Shown here: piece by piece, positions 1 to 10,143 of the stretch
How positions within the stretch are numbered: the first letter of the stretch is position 1
Layout: each line of letters begins with the position of its first letter
Origin: Candidatus Saccharibacteria bacterium CPR2
GTDB taxonomy: Bacteria > Patescibacteriota > Saccharimonadia > Saccharimonadales > QWHN01
Direction of reading: 5' to 3'
Assembly (NCBI GenBank): GCA_021404905.1
Contig: QWHN01000001.1
Location: 258,810-322,809 of the forward strand
DNA length: 64,000 nt
Notes under the pieces: generated by a model
The model's database searches: none
Told to the model about the DNA's origin: nothing
Seen by the model: the letters and a program-made list of their open reading frames with translations, nothing else
Position numbers and translations under genes: made by a program

Positions 1-117
1 GCTCGAACAGATCAAGATTGGCATTTGATCAGCAATACACGCAAAAGAGAAATATCCCAAATTATTTTACAAGCAGAGCAGGAAACAGAAGGTCAAACAG
101 CATCAGAGTTGCTATAA
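1..117 (+). CDS. 3' end of an unidentified upstream CDS (partial, runs off the window start)
   Basis: Open frame from position 1 (…QAEQETEGQTASELL) ending at TAA 115-117. No recognisable family in 38 aa. Confidence 0.3.
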   Translation, partial: ARTDQDWHLISNTRKREISQIILQAEQETEGQTASELL

Positions 118-126
118 TTTATATAA

Positions 127-669
127 ATGAGTCAAAATCAAATTCCCAAAAAATTATTATGGATTGATCTGGAAATGACTGGGCTCAATCCCTTAAAAGA
201 CAAAATATTAGAAGTAGCAGCGATTGTGACTGATTTTGATTTTAATAGACTTGATAGCTATGAATGTGTAGTGCATCAATCTGAAGAAACAATTGCCGGT
301 TCGAATAACTGGGCAAAAAAAACTTTCACTGAATCCGGACTATTTAAAAAAGTTAGAGAGTCAAGCACGGATGAAAATGAAGTTCAGAGTAAATTAATTT
401 CCATAGTCGATAAACATTTTTCGGATTTAGCTATTCTTGCGGGTAATTCTATTCATCAGGACCGTTTATTTATTCGAAAATATTTTCCGAAACTCGAAAA
501 AAAATTACATTATAGAATGCTTGATGTTAGCTCGTTGAAAATTTTGATGCAGGGTAAATATAATATTGAATTTGAAAAAGTCGGCAAACACAGCGCCATG
601 GACGATATAAAAGAAAGCATGGTAGAACTGCGATATTATTTGGATTACTTACATGGGATTAAGTCATAA
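127..669 (+). CDS. orn: oligoribonuclease (DEDDh 3'-5' exonuclease)
   Basis: 180-aa ORF. The N-terminal LLWIDLEMTGL motif is the Exo I DEDD box of oligoribonuclease, and a C-terminal H-x4-D motif (HSAMDD) is present. A TATAAT hexamer at 113-118 sits 8 nt upstream of the ATG. Confidence 0.85.
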   Translation: MSQNQIPKKLLWIDLEMTGLNPLKDKILEVAAIVTDFDFNRLDSYECVVHQSEETIAGSNNWAKKTFTESGLFKKVRESSTDENEVQSKLISIVDKHFSDLAILAGNSIHQDRLFIRKYFPKLEKKLHYRMLDVSSLKILMQGKYNIEFEKVGKHSAMDDIKESMVELRYYLDYLHGIKS

Positions 670-1063
670 AAATTTAGAGAATTATATACTTGCAAAACCG
701 GGTGCGAAGCTTGATTATCCATTTGGCGAGGGGGTGGCAGTATATAAAATTGTTACGAGTCTAAAAAACCCTGATTTAAGTAAGGGCAAAATGTTCGCAC
801 TAATTGCAGAGAAATCTGATCCTCTACGAATAAGCTTGAAATGCGACCCGCTGCTAGCTCAAACTTTGCGTGAAAAATATGAGTCGGTAATGCCCGGATA
901 TCACTTAAATAAAAAACACTGGAACACCATAATTTGTTCCGGCCAGTTATCTGATCAAGAAATTTATGAATTTATTGATCACTCTTATACTCTTGTTTTT
1001 AACTCTTTTAGCTTTCAGGATAGGGCAAAAGTTGAAAGATTAAAAATTAACCAGCAAGCTTAA
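653..1063 (+). CDS. MmcQ/YjbR-family (DUF419-like) putative DNA-binding protein
   Basis: 136-aa ORF; length and sequence pattern match the small MmcQ/YjbR family. The start overlaps the orn stop by 17 nt. Confidence 0.55.
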   Translation: MGLSHKNLENYILAKPGAKLDYPFGEGVAVYKIVTSLKNPDLSKGKMFALIAEKSDPLRISLKCDPLLAQTLREKYESVMPGYHLNKKHWNTIICSGQLSDQEIYEFIDHSYTLVFNSFSFQDRAKVERLKINQQA

Positions 1064-1637
1064 TGAGCGTATCTTGACTCTCGTATATTTTTTCAAGTAT
1101 TTGCTTAAGATCATCTTTTTTGGTGCTGTTGTAGATTTCCGTAAGAGTATCTTTATTTTCAATAAGAAGAATTTTTATCTGCTCAAATAATTTCTCATCG
1201 AAGGCATTTGTTTGACTGGCTTTACTCAATTCATCCTCAACTTCTTGACGCAAGTACTTTTCTTGAATTTTTTTATCCAGCTTCGACTGATATTCGTTTT
1301 GAAAATATTGTTCCAATTGAGTGGAGTTACTCGTTAATATTGCCTGAGCTTCCCTTAAAAAATTCTGTCCTTTGGACGTTTGGGGCGTTTTTTCAAATTT
1401 TTTTAGTATTCTAAGGATTTCATTTTGCTGAGCAATTGCTTTTTGAATGTTAGATTTTGTACCTTCTCCGCTACTCAACATCGGTAGTATCGCAAATAAA
1501 ATAGCAAAGACAAGCAATACCCCAATAACCATCATTAGTATTTTTTGTTTTTTTGCTTGAGGGTTGGAGGGATCGGTTTGTATTAGTTGTTTGATATTGG
1601 GCAAATTCATCCTGACTATACTATAGACTAAATTCAT
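1047..1637 (-). CDS. hypothetical membrane-anchored coiled-coil protein
   Basis: 196-aa ORF with one N-terminal hydrophobic segment (ILMMVIGVLLVFAILFAILPML) followed by a K/E/Q-rich, predicted coiled-coil region. No family recognised. Confidence 0.4.
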   Translation of the reverse strand: MNLVYSIVRMNLPNIKQLIQTDPSNPQAKKQKILMMVIGVLLVFAILFAILPMLSSGEGTKSNIQKAIAQQNEILRILKKFEKTPQTSKGQNFLREAQAILTSNSTQLEQYFQNEYQSKLDKKIQEKYLRQEVEDELSKASQTNAFDEKLFEQIKILLIENKDTLTEIYNSTKKDDLKQILEKIYESQDTLIKLAG

Positions 1638-1745
1638 AAGCTTAAGAAGTATAGAACGTGTAAATGCCTAAAGTTTTTAACTAATTTCTAGTTTCTATTT
1701 CCTAATTCCTGGTCAGAGGTGCGCCTCATACTCTATACTTTAAAT

Positions 1746-3479
1746 ATGGATGTCAAAGAGGAGATTAAACAGAGGCTTAGCGTTGAAGAAGTTGTCGGAG
1801 ATTATCTGGAGTTAAAACGCTCTGGTCGTAACCTGAAGGCCCTCTCGCCTTTTACTAATGAGAAAACGCCCAGTTTTATGGTGAGCCCGGAAAAGCAAAT
1901 ATGGCATGATTTTTCTTCAAATCAAGGCGGAGATATTTTTACGTTTGTGATGCTTGTTGAAGGTGTTGACTTCAAAGGCGCCCTTGAGTTGTTAGCAAGA
2001 AAAGCAAACGTTGATCTTTCACAGTACCGCATGGATGGCGGGCTTGCCAGTAAAAAAAAGAAACTTTACGAATTACTGGAACTTGCAACCAGATACTATC
2101 AACACTGTCTTATAAAGAACTCTCATGCTCTGAAATATGTAGCAAAACAACGAGAGTACAAAAAAAGTACCGTAGTTGATTTTAGACTGGGATATGCTCC
2201 TTATACAGATAACGGTCTAACTACATTTTTGCTTAAAAAGGGTTTTAAAGCTGATGAATTAAGAATGGCTGGCATATCCGTTATGCGACGTAGTGGGTTA
2301 TCGGATATGTTCCATGGACGGATTATGATACCGCTTGCAGACGGCCAAGGTAGAACTATAGGATTTACAGCACGGATTTTACCCGGCGAGGAGTCAAACC
2401 AGGCGCCAAAATATATAAATACGCCTCAAACGATTTTGTATGACAAAAGCCGCCATGTGTTCGGTCTTCATCTTGCCAAGGAAGCAATTCGGAAACAAGA
2501 TGAAGCTATCATTGTTGAAGGTAATTTGGATGTAATCGCGTCTCATCAGGCGGGAGTAAATAACGTGGTGGCTACTGCGGGGACAGCTCTAACCCCGGGG
2601 CACTTAAAACAGGTTAATCTCTTAACTCAAAACATTTCTCTCGCGTTTGATAGTGATGATGCCGGGGTTGCCGCCACTGAACGGGCAATAGTTAGCGCTC
2701 AAGCTGCTGGAGTTAATTTAAAAATAATCGACATTGATGATGGCAAAGATCCAGATGAAATTATCAGGCAGGATCCTGAGTTATGGGAAAAAGCAATTGC
2801 GTCCGCCAGGCACGTTATGCCTTGGTTATTTGAACACTACCGGAAAAAGTTCGATTTAAAATCTGGCCCTGGAAAAGTTTCATACACGAATAAATTGCTG
2901 GATGTAATATCACAAATCGAAGATCCAGTTGAACAAGACCACTACATTAATGAGCTTGCCCAAATTGTTGATTCAACTAAGAAAGCAATAATACAGAAGC
3001 TGGAGACCAAAAAGTCTAAGCCTGTCAGGAAAAAAGTAATTATTAATTCCGCAAAACTAGAACCTGATAAATCCGCGTATAAAGATGCATATTTAGCATT
3101 AAATTTAGCTTTTAGCGGTCTTAGAGATAGTTTGAGTGATATCGAAGAAGAAATGTTTGAGAAACCTTGGAGAAGACAGGTATTCTCTTATATCATCAAA
3201 CACAACCAACCAGTAAATAATACTCCTAAAGAGTTGCAAGTTGTGGATGACTATGTCAAAATCTTGCTATTGAAAGCGCAGGAGCTTTATGGCGATTGGA
3301 CGGATCCAGACCGGCTAGTGGAAGCAGTTGGTCTAAAACATCGCCTTATTCGTGAAAATAAGCAAAAACTGAAAATAGAAATTAGAAATAAATTAAGTGA
3401 AGCCGAAGCTAAGGGCGATAATTTACGTGTTAGCGAGTTGCTTAAGAAATATCGAGAGTTATTAAGGGAGGATGCATAG
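1746..3479 (+). CDS. dnaG: DNA primase DnaG
   Basis: Primase zinc-binding/RNA-pol region (FTNEKTPSF…[16 protein letters not shown]) and TOPRIM block ([16 protein letters not shown]). It sits immediately upstream of rpoD, the classic operon. Start set at the internal ATG 1746; the track ORF begins at 1719. TATACT lies 6 nt upstream of that ATG. Confidence 0.9.
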   Translation: MDVKEEIKQRLSVEEVVGDYLELKRSGRNLKALSPFTNEKTPSFMVSPEKQIWHDFSSNQGGDIFTFVMLVEGVDFKGALELLARKANVDLSQYRMDGGLASKKKKLYELLELATRYYQHCLIKNSHALKYVAKQREYKKSTVVDFRLGYAPYTDNGLTTFLLKKGFKADELRMAGISVMRRSGLSDMFHGRIMIPLADGQGRTIGFTARILPGEESNQAPKYINTPQTILYDKSRHVFGLHLAKEAIRKQDEAIIVEGNLDVIASHQAGVNNVVATAGTALTPGHLKQVNLLTQNISLAFDSDDAGVAATERAIVSAQAAGVNLKIIDIDDGKDPDEIIRQDPELWEKAIASARHVMPWLFEHYRKKFDLKSGPGKVSYTNKLLDVISQIEDPVEQDHYINELAQIVDSTKKAIIQKLETKKSKPVRKKVIINSAKLEPDKSAYKDAYLALNLAFSGLRDSLSDIEEEMFEKPWRRQVFSYIIKHNQPVNNTPKELQVVDDYVKILLLKAQELYGDWTDPDRLVEAVGLKHRLIRENKQKLKIEIRNKLSEAEAKGDNLRVSELLKKYRELLREDA

Positions 3480-4588
3480 TGAAACTAAGTAAGAAGAAAG
3501 TACAAGTTTCAGAGCCGGATCTTCAGGCTGTGAAGCAAAAGTTAATTGAAGATGCCAAGAAAAAAGGGAACATAGATCAAAAAGATATCTTTACAAATAT
3601 TCCTGATACCCCAGAGAATACCGAGATACTCGATGAGCTTTATACAGAACTTGTTGATATTGGCATTGAGATAGTTGGACGCGATGGGGAAAGTGAAGAA
3701 GAATGGGAAGAATATGAGGAAGAAGTTATCGAAGAAAATCCTGCGTATTTAGATGATATTGCTGATGATTCCGTAAGACTTTATTTAAGAGAAATCGGTA
3801 AAATTCCCTTGCTAACCGCTGATGAAGAAATTGAACTTGCCAACAAAGTTGCAAAGGGGGATAAGGAAGCTAAAGACAAAATGGCAGAGGCCAATATGCG
3901 TCTGGTGGTTTCCATTGCAAAACGTTATGTAGGAAGGGGTTTGGATCTTTTGGATTTGATCCAAGAAGGTAACACTGGCCTGCTGCGTGCTGTTGAGAAA
4001 TTTGACCCTTCAAAAGGATTTAAGTTTTCAACTTACGCGACTTGGTGGATCAGACAGGCGATTACGCGAGCTATTGCAGATCAGGCTAGAACCATTCGAA
4101 TCCCAGTTCATATGGTTGAAACCATAAATAAATTACTCAGAACTCAGCGTCGTCTAACCCAGGAGCTTAATCGCGAACCTTCAAACGAAGAGATTGCCGA
4201 GGCCATGGAGATGGAAGTTGAAAAAGTTGAACACATAATGAAGATCAAGCAAGATATAAGCTCGCTTGACGCCAGCGTAAGGGATGATGAAGAAGATTCG
4301 GTACTAGGTGATTTTATCGAAGACGAGGAAAGCGAGAGCCCGGACGAATCTGCTACAACCCAGTTGTTAAAAGAGCATGTAAACGATATTTTAACAATTC
4401 TTTCTGAGCGTGAGCAAAAAATACTAAAAATGCGCTTTGGCCTTGAAGACGGACGCAGTCATACGTTAGAAGAAGTTGGTAAGGAATTTAATGTTACTCG
4501 CGAGCGTATTCGACAAATTGAAGCCAAGGCTTTAACTAAATTGCGTAAGCACAAAGACGCTAAGAAGCTGCATGATTATCTGCAGTAA
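3479..4588 (+). CDS. rpoD: RNA polymerase primary sigma factor (sigma-70 family)
   Basis: Regions 2-4 are conserved ([54 protein letters not shown]; region 4 [25 protein letters not shown]). The GTG start overlaps the dnaG stop. Confidence 0.92.
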   Translation: MKLSKKKVQVSEPDLQAVKQKLIEDAKKKGNIDQKDIFTNIPDTPENTEILDELYTELVDIGIEIVGRDGESEEEWEEYEEEVIEENPAYLDDIADDSVRLYLREIGKIPLLTADEEIELANKVAKGDKEAKDKMAEANMRLVVSIAKRYVGRGLDLLDLIQEGNTGLLRAVEKFDPSKGFKFSTYATWWIRQAITRAIADQARTIRIPVHMVETINKLLRTQRRLTQELNREPSNEEIAEAMEMEVEKVEHIMKIKQDISSLDASVRDDEEDSVLGDFIEDEESESPDESATTQLLKEHVNDILTILSEREQKILKMRFGLEDGRSHTLEEVGKEFNVTRERIRQIEAKALTKLRKHKDAKKLHDYLQ

Positions 4589-5138
4589 TTTCATCCATCA
4601 ACTCGTCGAGTTCTTTAAGCAATTCTCTAGGGGATTTAGTATTGGTTAAGCAATAGTCCGCTCGTGCGATAGGCCCGCCTTTTTCAAAATTTTCAATTTC
4701 ATCAATCTCACGATTTTTAATTTGCTCGACTGTATAGGCGCGATGAGAATCTTTACGGGAGATAACTCTTTGGTAACGAACATTTCGTGGGGTAAAAACG
4801 CAAATCACAACAAGCTCTTCCCCGTATTTCTTTTCAAGATACATATATTCCGACCAACTATATAGGCCATCAAGTATTACAGTTTTTTTCCCTTGCTTAA
4901 AATATTGATCTGCTTTTCGTGAAGCTCGTTTTGCAAGTACGCTTAATCCTTCTTTCCTTCGCATGTCCAGCCGGACAAATTTCTCATCTTTTACATTATC
5001 AAGTCCTCGTCGCTGGATTTCTTCATATACCATATTGCCAAAATGAATTACAGGGTAACCTTTGGATGCCAAATAATCCGTGCAAGTTCCCTTACCACTT
5101 CCGGGCATGCCAACAAAGGCAATAATTTTTTTACTCAT
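4560..5138 (-). CDS. P-loop nucleotide/nucleoside kinase (adenylate/dephospho-CoA kinase-like fold)
   Basis: Walker A motif at the N-terminus ([12 protein letters not shown]). Its 3' end converges on rpoD. TAGTAT lies 6 nt upstream of its ATG on the minus strand. Confidence 0.55.
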   Translation of the reverse strand: MSKKIIAFVGMPGSGKGTCTDYLASKGYPVIHFGNMVYEEIQRRGLDNVKDEKFVRLDMRRKEGLSVLAKRASRKADQYFKQGKKTVILDGLYSWSEYMYLEKKYGEELVVICVFTPRNVRYQRVISRKDSHRAYTVEQIKNREIDEIENFEKGGPIARADYCLTNTKSPRELLKELDELMDEITADNHAAS

Positions 5139-5175
5139 GGCGATATACTACATGAGGTGCGGTATACTCGTAAAT

Positions 5176-7851
5176 ATGGCTGATAAGAAAAGACTGGTGG
5201 TAATTGACGGGAAAAGCGTTTTTTATCGCGGCTATTACGCTATGCCAAACTTATCTACCAAAAATGGCACGCCGACTGGTGGCGTTTATGGTTTCGCTGT
5301 CATGGCTCTTGAAGTTATAAAAAAGATGAATCCAGACTTTGTTTGTGTTGCCTGGGACAAATCAAAAACAAACATAAGAAGGCGAAAAAAAATTTATCCA
5401 GAATATAAGGCAGGGCGCAAACCGCCTCCACCGGATTTTTATGAACAAATTCCGGTTCTGCATCGATTACTAGAAGCATTTAACTGGCCGCTTTATGAGA
5501 TTGATGATCACGAGGCTGATGACATTATGGGCACTTTTGCCAAACAAGCGGCCGGTAAAGGATATGAAACTTTGTTAATTACCAGTGATCTTGACGTGCT
5601 CCAGCTAGTTAATAGCTCTACCAAAGTGTGCGCTTTAAAACGGGGTTTGACTAACACCGAAGTGTTTGACGAGGAGCATTTTAGAGAAAAATATAGTATG
5701 CAGCCTCTCCAGTTTATTGATTTTAAAGCACTAAGGGGCGACGCCAGCGATAATGTACCCGGCGTGAAAGGCGTTGGAGAAAAAACAGCCGCTGAGTTAA
5801 TAGCAAAGTATCAAAATCTCGAAGGAGTGTACGCAAATTTGGATGAAATAAAGCCTAGTTTACGGCAAAAACTTGAAGCCGATAAGGACATAGCATTTTT
5901 ATCGAGGCAGCTTGTTACGCTCGATTTGGATATAGATCTACCTCTAGATTGGGAACACGCGAAAATGGACAACATTCATCCGGAGCAAGTTATTCAAATT
6001 CTTCAAGAACTGGAATTTCGGACATTAATCAACCAGTTGCCCGAAAGTTTACAATCATCCGTAGATGAGGCCATATCGACAGCTAGTACCAATCTGGGGC
6101 AAAAATGGATTACGGAAATAATCAGCGCGTCTGGCGAGCTTGAAAAAATTGATTTGCGGGATGATAGGCCCGTATTTATTCATGTACTTTGCAAAGGCAA
6201 ACAGGGGCAAGATTTGCAAACCTTGGCATTTAGCTGGGGAGAAAATAAAGTAACTTTAATTCACGTCAATAAAATCGCACCGAAACATCTAGTTAAATTT
6301 GTTACTAAGCTAGCGAGACATAAAATAGTTGGATATGACACGAAAAAAATAATCCAAGCGTTTTACAGGTTAGGGGCTAAAATTGAAAATGTCGAGCACG
6401 ATATATTAATTGGGGCGTTTTTACTGAATTCACTGATTCGAGATCAAAGTTTAAACGGCTTGGTTCGAGATAGCTTTGGTATAGAAACAGACAATCTGGA
6501 CTCCCCTATGCCAGATAGAATTGAAAGTGCCATGCCGTCAATCATTGATGCTGTTTTTAGGATTTATAACTTTCAGGTAGAAAAGCTAAGTAAACTACCT
6601 AAACTACAAAAATTAGCCGAACAAATTGAATGGCCATTTATTCCCGTTATCGCAAAGATGGAGCTCGATGGCATAAAGCTAGACACTAAGTATCTCAAAA
6701 AAATGGGGGACGAACTGGAAGGCATTATATCTGATACCGAGCAGCAAATTTATGGTTACGCAGAAGCTGAATTTAATATTGCGTCACCATCTCAACTAGC
6801 AGAGATTTTGTTTGGTAAGCTAAAACTCCCTGCCGACAATATCAAAAAAGGAAAAACTGGGTTTTCTACTGCTGCGAGCGAACTTAATAAGCTGAGACTT
6901 CTCCATCCGATTATTGACTTAATTTCAACATTTCGCGAGCTTACAAAACTGAAAAATACATATGTTGATGCTCTACCGAAATTAGTAGATGAAAATAATA
7001 AACTTCATACGACTTTCGCATTGACTGTGGCGCAAACTGGTCGCCTAAGTTCTCATGATCCGAATTTGCAAAATATTCCTGTGCGTTCTGAGATCGGGCA
7101 TAAAATCCGCCGGGCTTTTATCCCCGAGGAAGATAATTTGTTTGTTTCAGCTGATTATTCGCAATTTGAGCTTCGTCTGGCTGCGGCCTTGGCTGATGAT
7201 AAAGAGCTTATTCGCGAGTTTAATGAAGGCTTGGACGTACATACTCAAACCGCGGCTTTAGTCAACAATATCGACCCGAGTGAGGTTACAAAAAATCAGC
7301 GTCGCCAGGCTAAAGTTATTAATTTTGGGATTTTGTACGGGATGAGCCCCCATGGTTTGAGTGTAGCTACAGGAATGAGCCAACACGAAGCGGCTGGTTA
7401 TATAAAAAGGTATTTTGAGTATAGGGAGCCACTTCTTAAATACATTGAAAAAACTCGTTCTCAAGCCCATGAGCTTGGGTATGTAGAAACTATGTTTGGC
7501 CGCCGCCGTCCAACGCCGGATGTCAGGTCATCCAATTGGGTAGTGCGACAAGCAGCGGAACGGGCGGCCATAAATATGCCGATACAGGGAACGGAAGCCG
7601 ATATTATGAAAATGGCTATGATCAAAATCCAGCAGAAGCTGGATCAGTTTTTAGATCTTAGTTCTCAAACCTCAAACAATATAAAGCCAAGGATGCTGTT
7701 ACAAATACACGACTCTATATTGGTTGAATGTAAAAAAGAAGATGCCAAGGAGGTCGGTCAATTATTAAAAGACACTATGGAAGCTGTTTGTAGGCTTCCA
7801 GTCAAACTTGATGTTGATATCTCGGCTGGCAAGAATTGGGGCGAGCTTTGA
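5176..7851 (+). CDS. polA: DNA polymerase I
   Basis: 5'-nuclease domain, then a region lacking the DTET-type 3'-5' exo motifs, then polymerase motif A (DYSQFELR), motif B (RRQAKVINFGILYGMS) and motif C (QIHDSILVE). Start placed at MADKKRL (ATG 5176) rather than the upstream ORF start at 5080, which overlaps the divergent kinase gene. TATACT lies 7 nt upstream of the ATG. Confidence 0.92.
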   Translation: MADKKRLVVIDGKSVFYRGYYAMPNLSTKNGTPTGGVYGFAVMALEVIKKMNPDFVCVAWDKSKTNIRRRKKIYPEYKAGRKPPPPDFYEQIPVLHRLLEAFNWPLYEIDDHEADDIMGTFAKQAAGKGYETLLITSDLDVLQLVNSSTKVCALKRGLTNTEVFDEEHFREKYSMQPLQFIDFKALRGDASDNVPGVKGVGEKTAAELIAKYQNLEGVYANLDEIKPSLRQKLEADKDIAFLSRQLVTLDLDIDLPLDWEHAKMDNIHPEQVIQILQELEFRTLINQLPESLQSSVDEAISTASTNLGQKWITEIISASGELEKIDLRDDRPVFIHVLCKGKQGQDLQTLAFSWGENKVTLIHVNKIAPKHLVKFVTKLARHKIVGYDTKKIIQAFYRLGAKIENVEHDILIGAFLLNSLIRDQSLNGLVRDSFGIETDNLDSPMPDRIESAMPSIIDAVFRIYNFQVEKLSKLPKLQKLAEQIEWPFIPVIAKMELDGIKLDTKYLKKMGDELEGIISDTEQQIYGYAEAEFNIASPSQLAEILFGKLKLPADNIKKGKTGFSTAASELNKLRLLHPIIDLISTFRELTKLKNTYVDALPKLVDENNKLHTTFALTVAQTGRLSSHDPNLQNIPVRSEIGHKIRRAFIPEEDNLFVSADYSQFELRLAAALADDKELIREFNEGLDVHTQTAALVNNIDPSEVTKNQRRQAKVINFGILYGMSPHGLSVATGMSQHEAAGYIKRYFEYREPLLKYIEKTRSQAHELGYVETMFGRRRPTPDVRSSNWVVRQAAERAAINMPIQGTEADIMKMAMIKIQQKLDQFLDLSSQTSNNIKPRMLLQIHDSILVECKKEDAKEVGQLLKDTMEAVCRLPVKLDVDISAGKNWGEL

Positions 7852-8234
7852 TCAAAGCCATCATTTTTGATTTTTATGGGGTGATATTTAGAGATGGTAA
7901 ATTGGATAATGAGGTTTTAGAACTGATTGGAAAACTTCGGGGGAAATATAAGCTGGCAGTTGTTTCAAATATCAATCGTATTGTATTTGATGAAATGATG
8001 GATAGTAAAACTCAGGCTAAATTTAATGCCCTTTTGCTTAGTTCGGAAACTGGATACTATAAACCGGGGGAAGGGGCGTTTATAAATGCCGCAAAAATGC
8101 TCAATTTGAAACCAGAAGAATGCTTACTTATTGATGACTTGCAGCAAAATATTAACGGTGCGGTCCAAACGGGGATGCTCGGTGTTTTATACAAAAATCC
8201 GGAACAACTAAAATCTGAACTGAATAAAATTTAA
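7836..8234 (+). CDS. HAD-superfamily hydrolase (short, C-terminal-type)
   Basis: AIIFDFYGVI N-terminal HAD motif-I-like sequence and a downstream LIDD motif. TTG start overlaps the polA end; the alternative start at 7848 is equally plausible. Confidence 0.55.
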   Translation: MGRALIKAIIFDFYGVIFRDGKLDNEVLELIGKLRGKYKLAVVSNINRIVFDEMMDSKTQAKFNALLLSSETGYYKPGEGAFINAAKMLNLKPEECLLIDDLQQNINGAVQTGMLGVLYKNPEQLKSELNKI

Positions 8235-8289
8235 GTACTTTCCTATATTGTACTAGATACTCTATACGCCATACGTCATACTAATTTGT

Positions 8290-9192
8290 ATGCCAGAATT
8301 GCCAGAAGTAGAGACTATAAAAAGAGGCTTAAAAACCAGGGTTGTCGGCAAAGCGATTCGAAGCATAAAAGTACTTGAGCCAAAAAGTGCTTTTTTCAAT
8401 AAAGAAGACGAAAAATTTGCGATCAGTGAGATAAGTAAGATTAAAAGACGCGGCAAAGTATTAATTTTAAATCTTGCTAATGGATATTCTTTAATGTTTC
8501 ATTTAAAAATGACAGGTCAGATTGTGTTCGATGGCGCTAAACAGGAAAAAGAAATAAGAAGAAATAGGGAATATGAAATCCGTTTTGCGGGTGGACACCC
8601 GACTAGCAGTATGGCAGGCGAGCTGCCGGATAAAAGCACCCGTGTAATCTTTGAGCTTGATGATGGTTCGAAGCTGTTCTTTAATGATCAGCGCAAATTC
8701 GGATGGGTCAAAATAGTGCCTACAAAAGAAATAGTTAAGGACTCGTTGATAAAAAAGATGGGTCCGGAACCGGAAAAATTAACTGATAAACAAGTAAAAT
8801 CCTTGGTGAAAAACAAAATAAAAAACAGTTCAAGGATGATAAAATCCATAATTTTAGATCAAAATATCATTGCTGGCGTAGGTAATATTTATGCAGATGA
8901 GGCGCTTTTTTTCGCTCGAATACACCCAGAAACCAGAGGTAGAGACTTAACTGAATACAAAATTGATTCACTGTTGGATGCAGTAACGAGTGTGCTGAAA
9001 ACTGCTACTGGGCATGGCGGCACCAGTTTTACAAATTATGTAAAAGTTGATGGAGCGAAAGGCAGGTATCTTGAAAAAGCCTGGGTGTTTAGGCGAGAAG
9101 GTAACCCATGTAAAAGGTGTGGAGCGACTATTAAAAAAATACGGGTTGGAGCCAGAGGAACACATTATTGCCCGAATTGCCAAATTAAATAA
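8290..9192 (+). CDS. mutM: formamidopyrimidine-DNA glycosylase (Fpg/MutM)
   Basis: N-terminal MPELPEVE catalytic signature (Pro2/Glu3), H2TH region and C-terminal zinc finger (CKRCG…HYCPNCQ). About 30 aa longer than typical Fpg. Confidence 0.9.
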   Translation: MPELPEVETIKRGLKTRVVGKAIRSIKVLEPKSAFFNKEDEKFAISEISKIKRRGKVLILNLANGYSLMFHLKMTGQIVFDGAKQEKEIRRNREYEIRFAGGHPTSSMAGELPDKSTRVIFELDDGSKLFFNDQRKFGWVKIVPTKEIVKDSLIKKMGPEPEKLTDKQVKSLVKNKIKNSSRMIKSIILDQNIIAGVGNIYADEALFFARIHPETRGRDLTEYKIDSLLDAVTSVLKTATGHGGTSFTNYVKVDGAKGRYLEKAWVFRREGNPCKRCGATIKKIRVGARGTHYCPNCQIK

Positions 9193-9213
9193 AAAAGGCT
9201 GTAAAATATAGGT

Positions 9214-10137
9214 ATGGTAATTGGGTTAATCGGTCCAAATAGTTATGCCCTTTTCGAATCAGTTAGTTCTACAATCAGAGATTTTACTAGCAAGCATGGG
9301 CAAGGCAGCGTCATTAAAATGAATGCTGATGAAATTGAAGTGCCTGATCTAATATCTGCTTGCATGGAACAATCTCTATTCGCGAGCAAGCAACTAGTTG
9401 TGCTAAGAGATGTTTCGCAGAACAGTATTTTAAAAACAAAACTCAGCGAGATCATCGAAACTTTGCCAAACTCAACCACTCTTTTAATTTATGATTCTAG
9501 CCTCAAAAAAACCGACAAGTTAGCTAAACAAATAGAGAAAACAGGAGAACTTATATATCGGCCCTTGCCATCTCCATATGAACTGAAAACCTGGGCCAAA
9601 TCTCAAGCCAAAGAAAATAACGCTCAAATTGAAAGTGATGCAGTTGACGAATTAATAAAAAGGGTAGGAGAAGATCAATGGCGAATAAAAGAAGAGATTA
9701 AGAAACTGTCTTTGTATGATCAAAATATTAATAGAAAAAACGTGGCTAAACTTGTAGAAATAACCCCTCAAGAAAATATTTTTCATATGCTTGATTGTAT
9801 ATTAAAGGGAGATTATAAAACCGCGCTAAAAAAATATGAACTTTTAAGAGAGATGAAGCTTGAAGCTCAATATGTGTTTTCCATGCTAATCTGGCAAGCG
9901 CATAATGCCGCGTTGGTTGCCTATGCCGATAACAAAAATACGCAAGAAATTTCTGAAGAGGCCGGTGTTTCTTCGTATATCGCTCAGAAGATTAAACAAA
10001 TGCTCAGCAAAGAGCCAAAAAATAAGATCAGACAGATTATTAATAAACTTATAGAAGCAGATATTTTACTTAAGAAAACGGCAAATAATCCGGATCAGGT
10101 TGTAAAAAACGTGATCCTGAGAGTTTGCAGGATTTAG
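9214..10137 (+). CDS. holA: DNA polymerase III delta subunit (HolA-like)
   Basis: 307-aa ORF whose N-terminus (LIGPNSYALFESV) resembles HolA; size and an AAA+ lid-like C-terminus fit. The assignment rests on weak pattern similarity only. TAAAAT lies 6 nt upstream of the ATG. Confidence 0.5.
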   Translation: MVIGLIGPNSYALFESVSSTIRDFTSKHGQGSVIKMNADEIEVPDLISACMEQSLFASKQLVVLRDVSQNSILKTKLSEIIETLPNSTTLLIYDSSLKKTDKLAKQIEKTGELIYRPLPSPYELKTWAKSQAKENNAQIESDAVDELIKRVGEDQWRIKEEIKKLSLYDQNINRKNVAKLVEITPQENIFHMLDCILKGDYKTALKKYELLREMKLEAQYVFSMLIWQAHNAALVAYADNKNTQEISEEAGVSSYIAQKIKQMLSKEPKNKIRQIINKLIEADILLKKTANNPDQVVKNVILRVCRI

Positions 10138-10143
10138 GCGAAT

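Noticed and set aside
5080-5175. The upstream extension of the polA ORF ([15 protein letters not shown]…).
   Set aside because: It overlaps the divergent kinase gene on the other strand and is hydrophobic junk. The conserved PolA N-terminus begins at MADKKRLVVIDG (ATG 5176), which also has a -10 hexamer 7 nt upstream.
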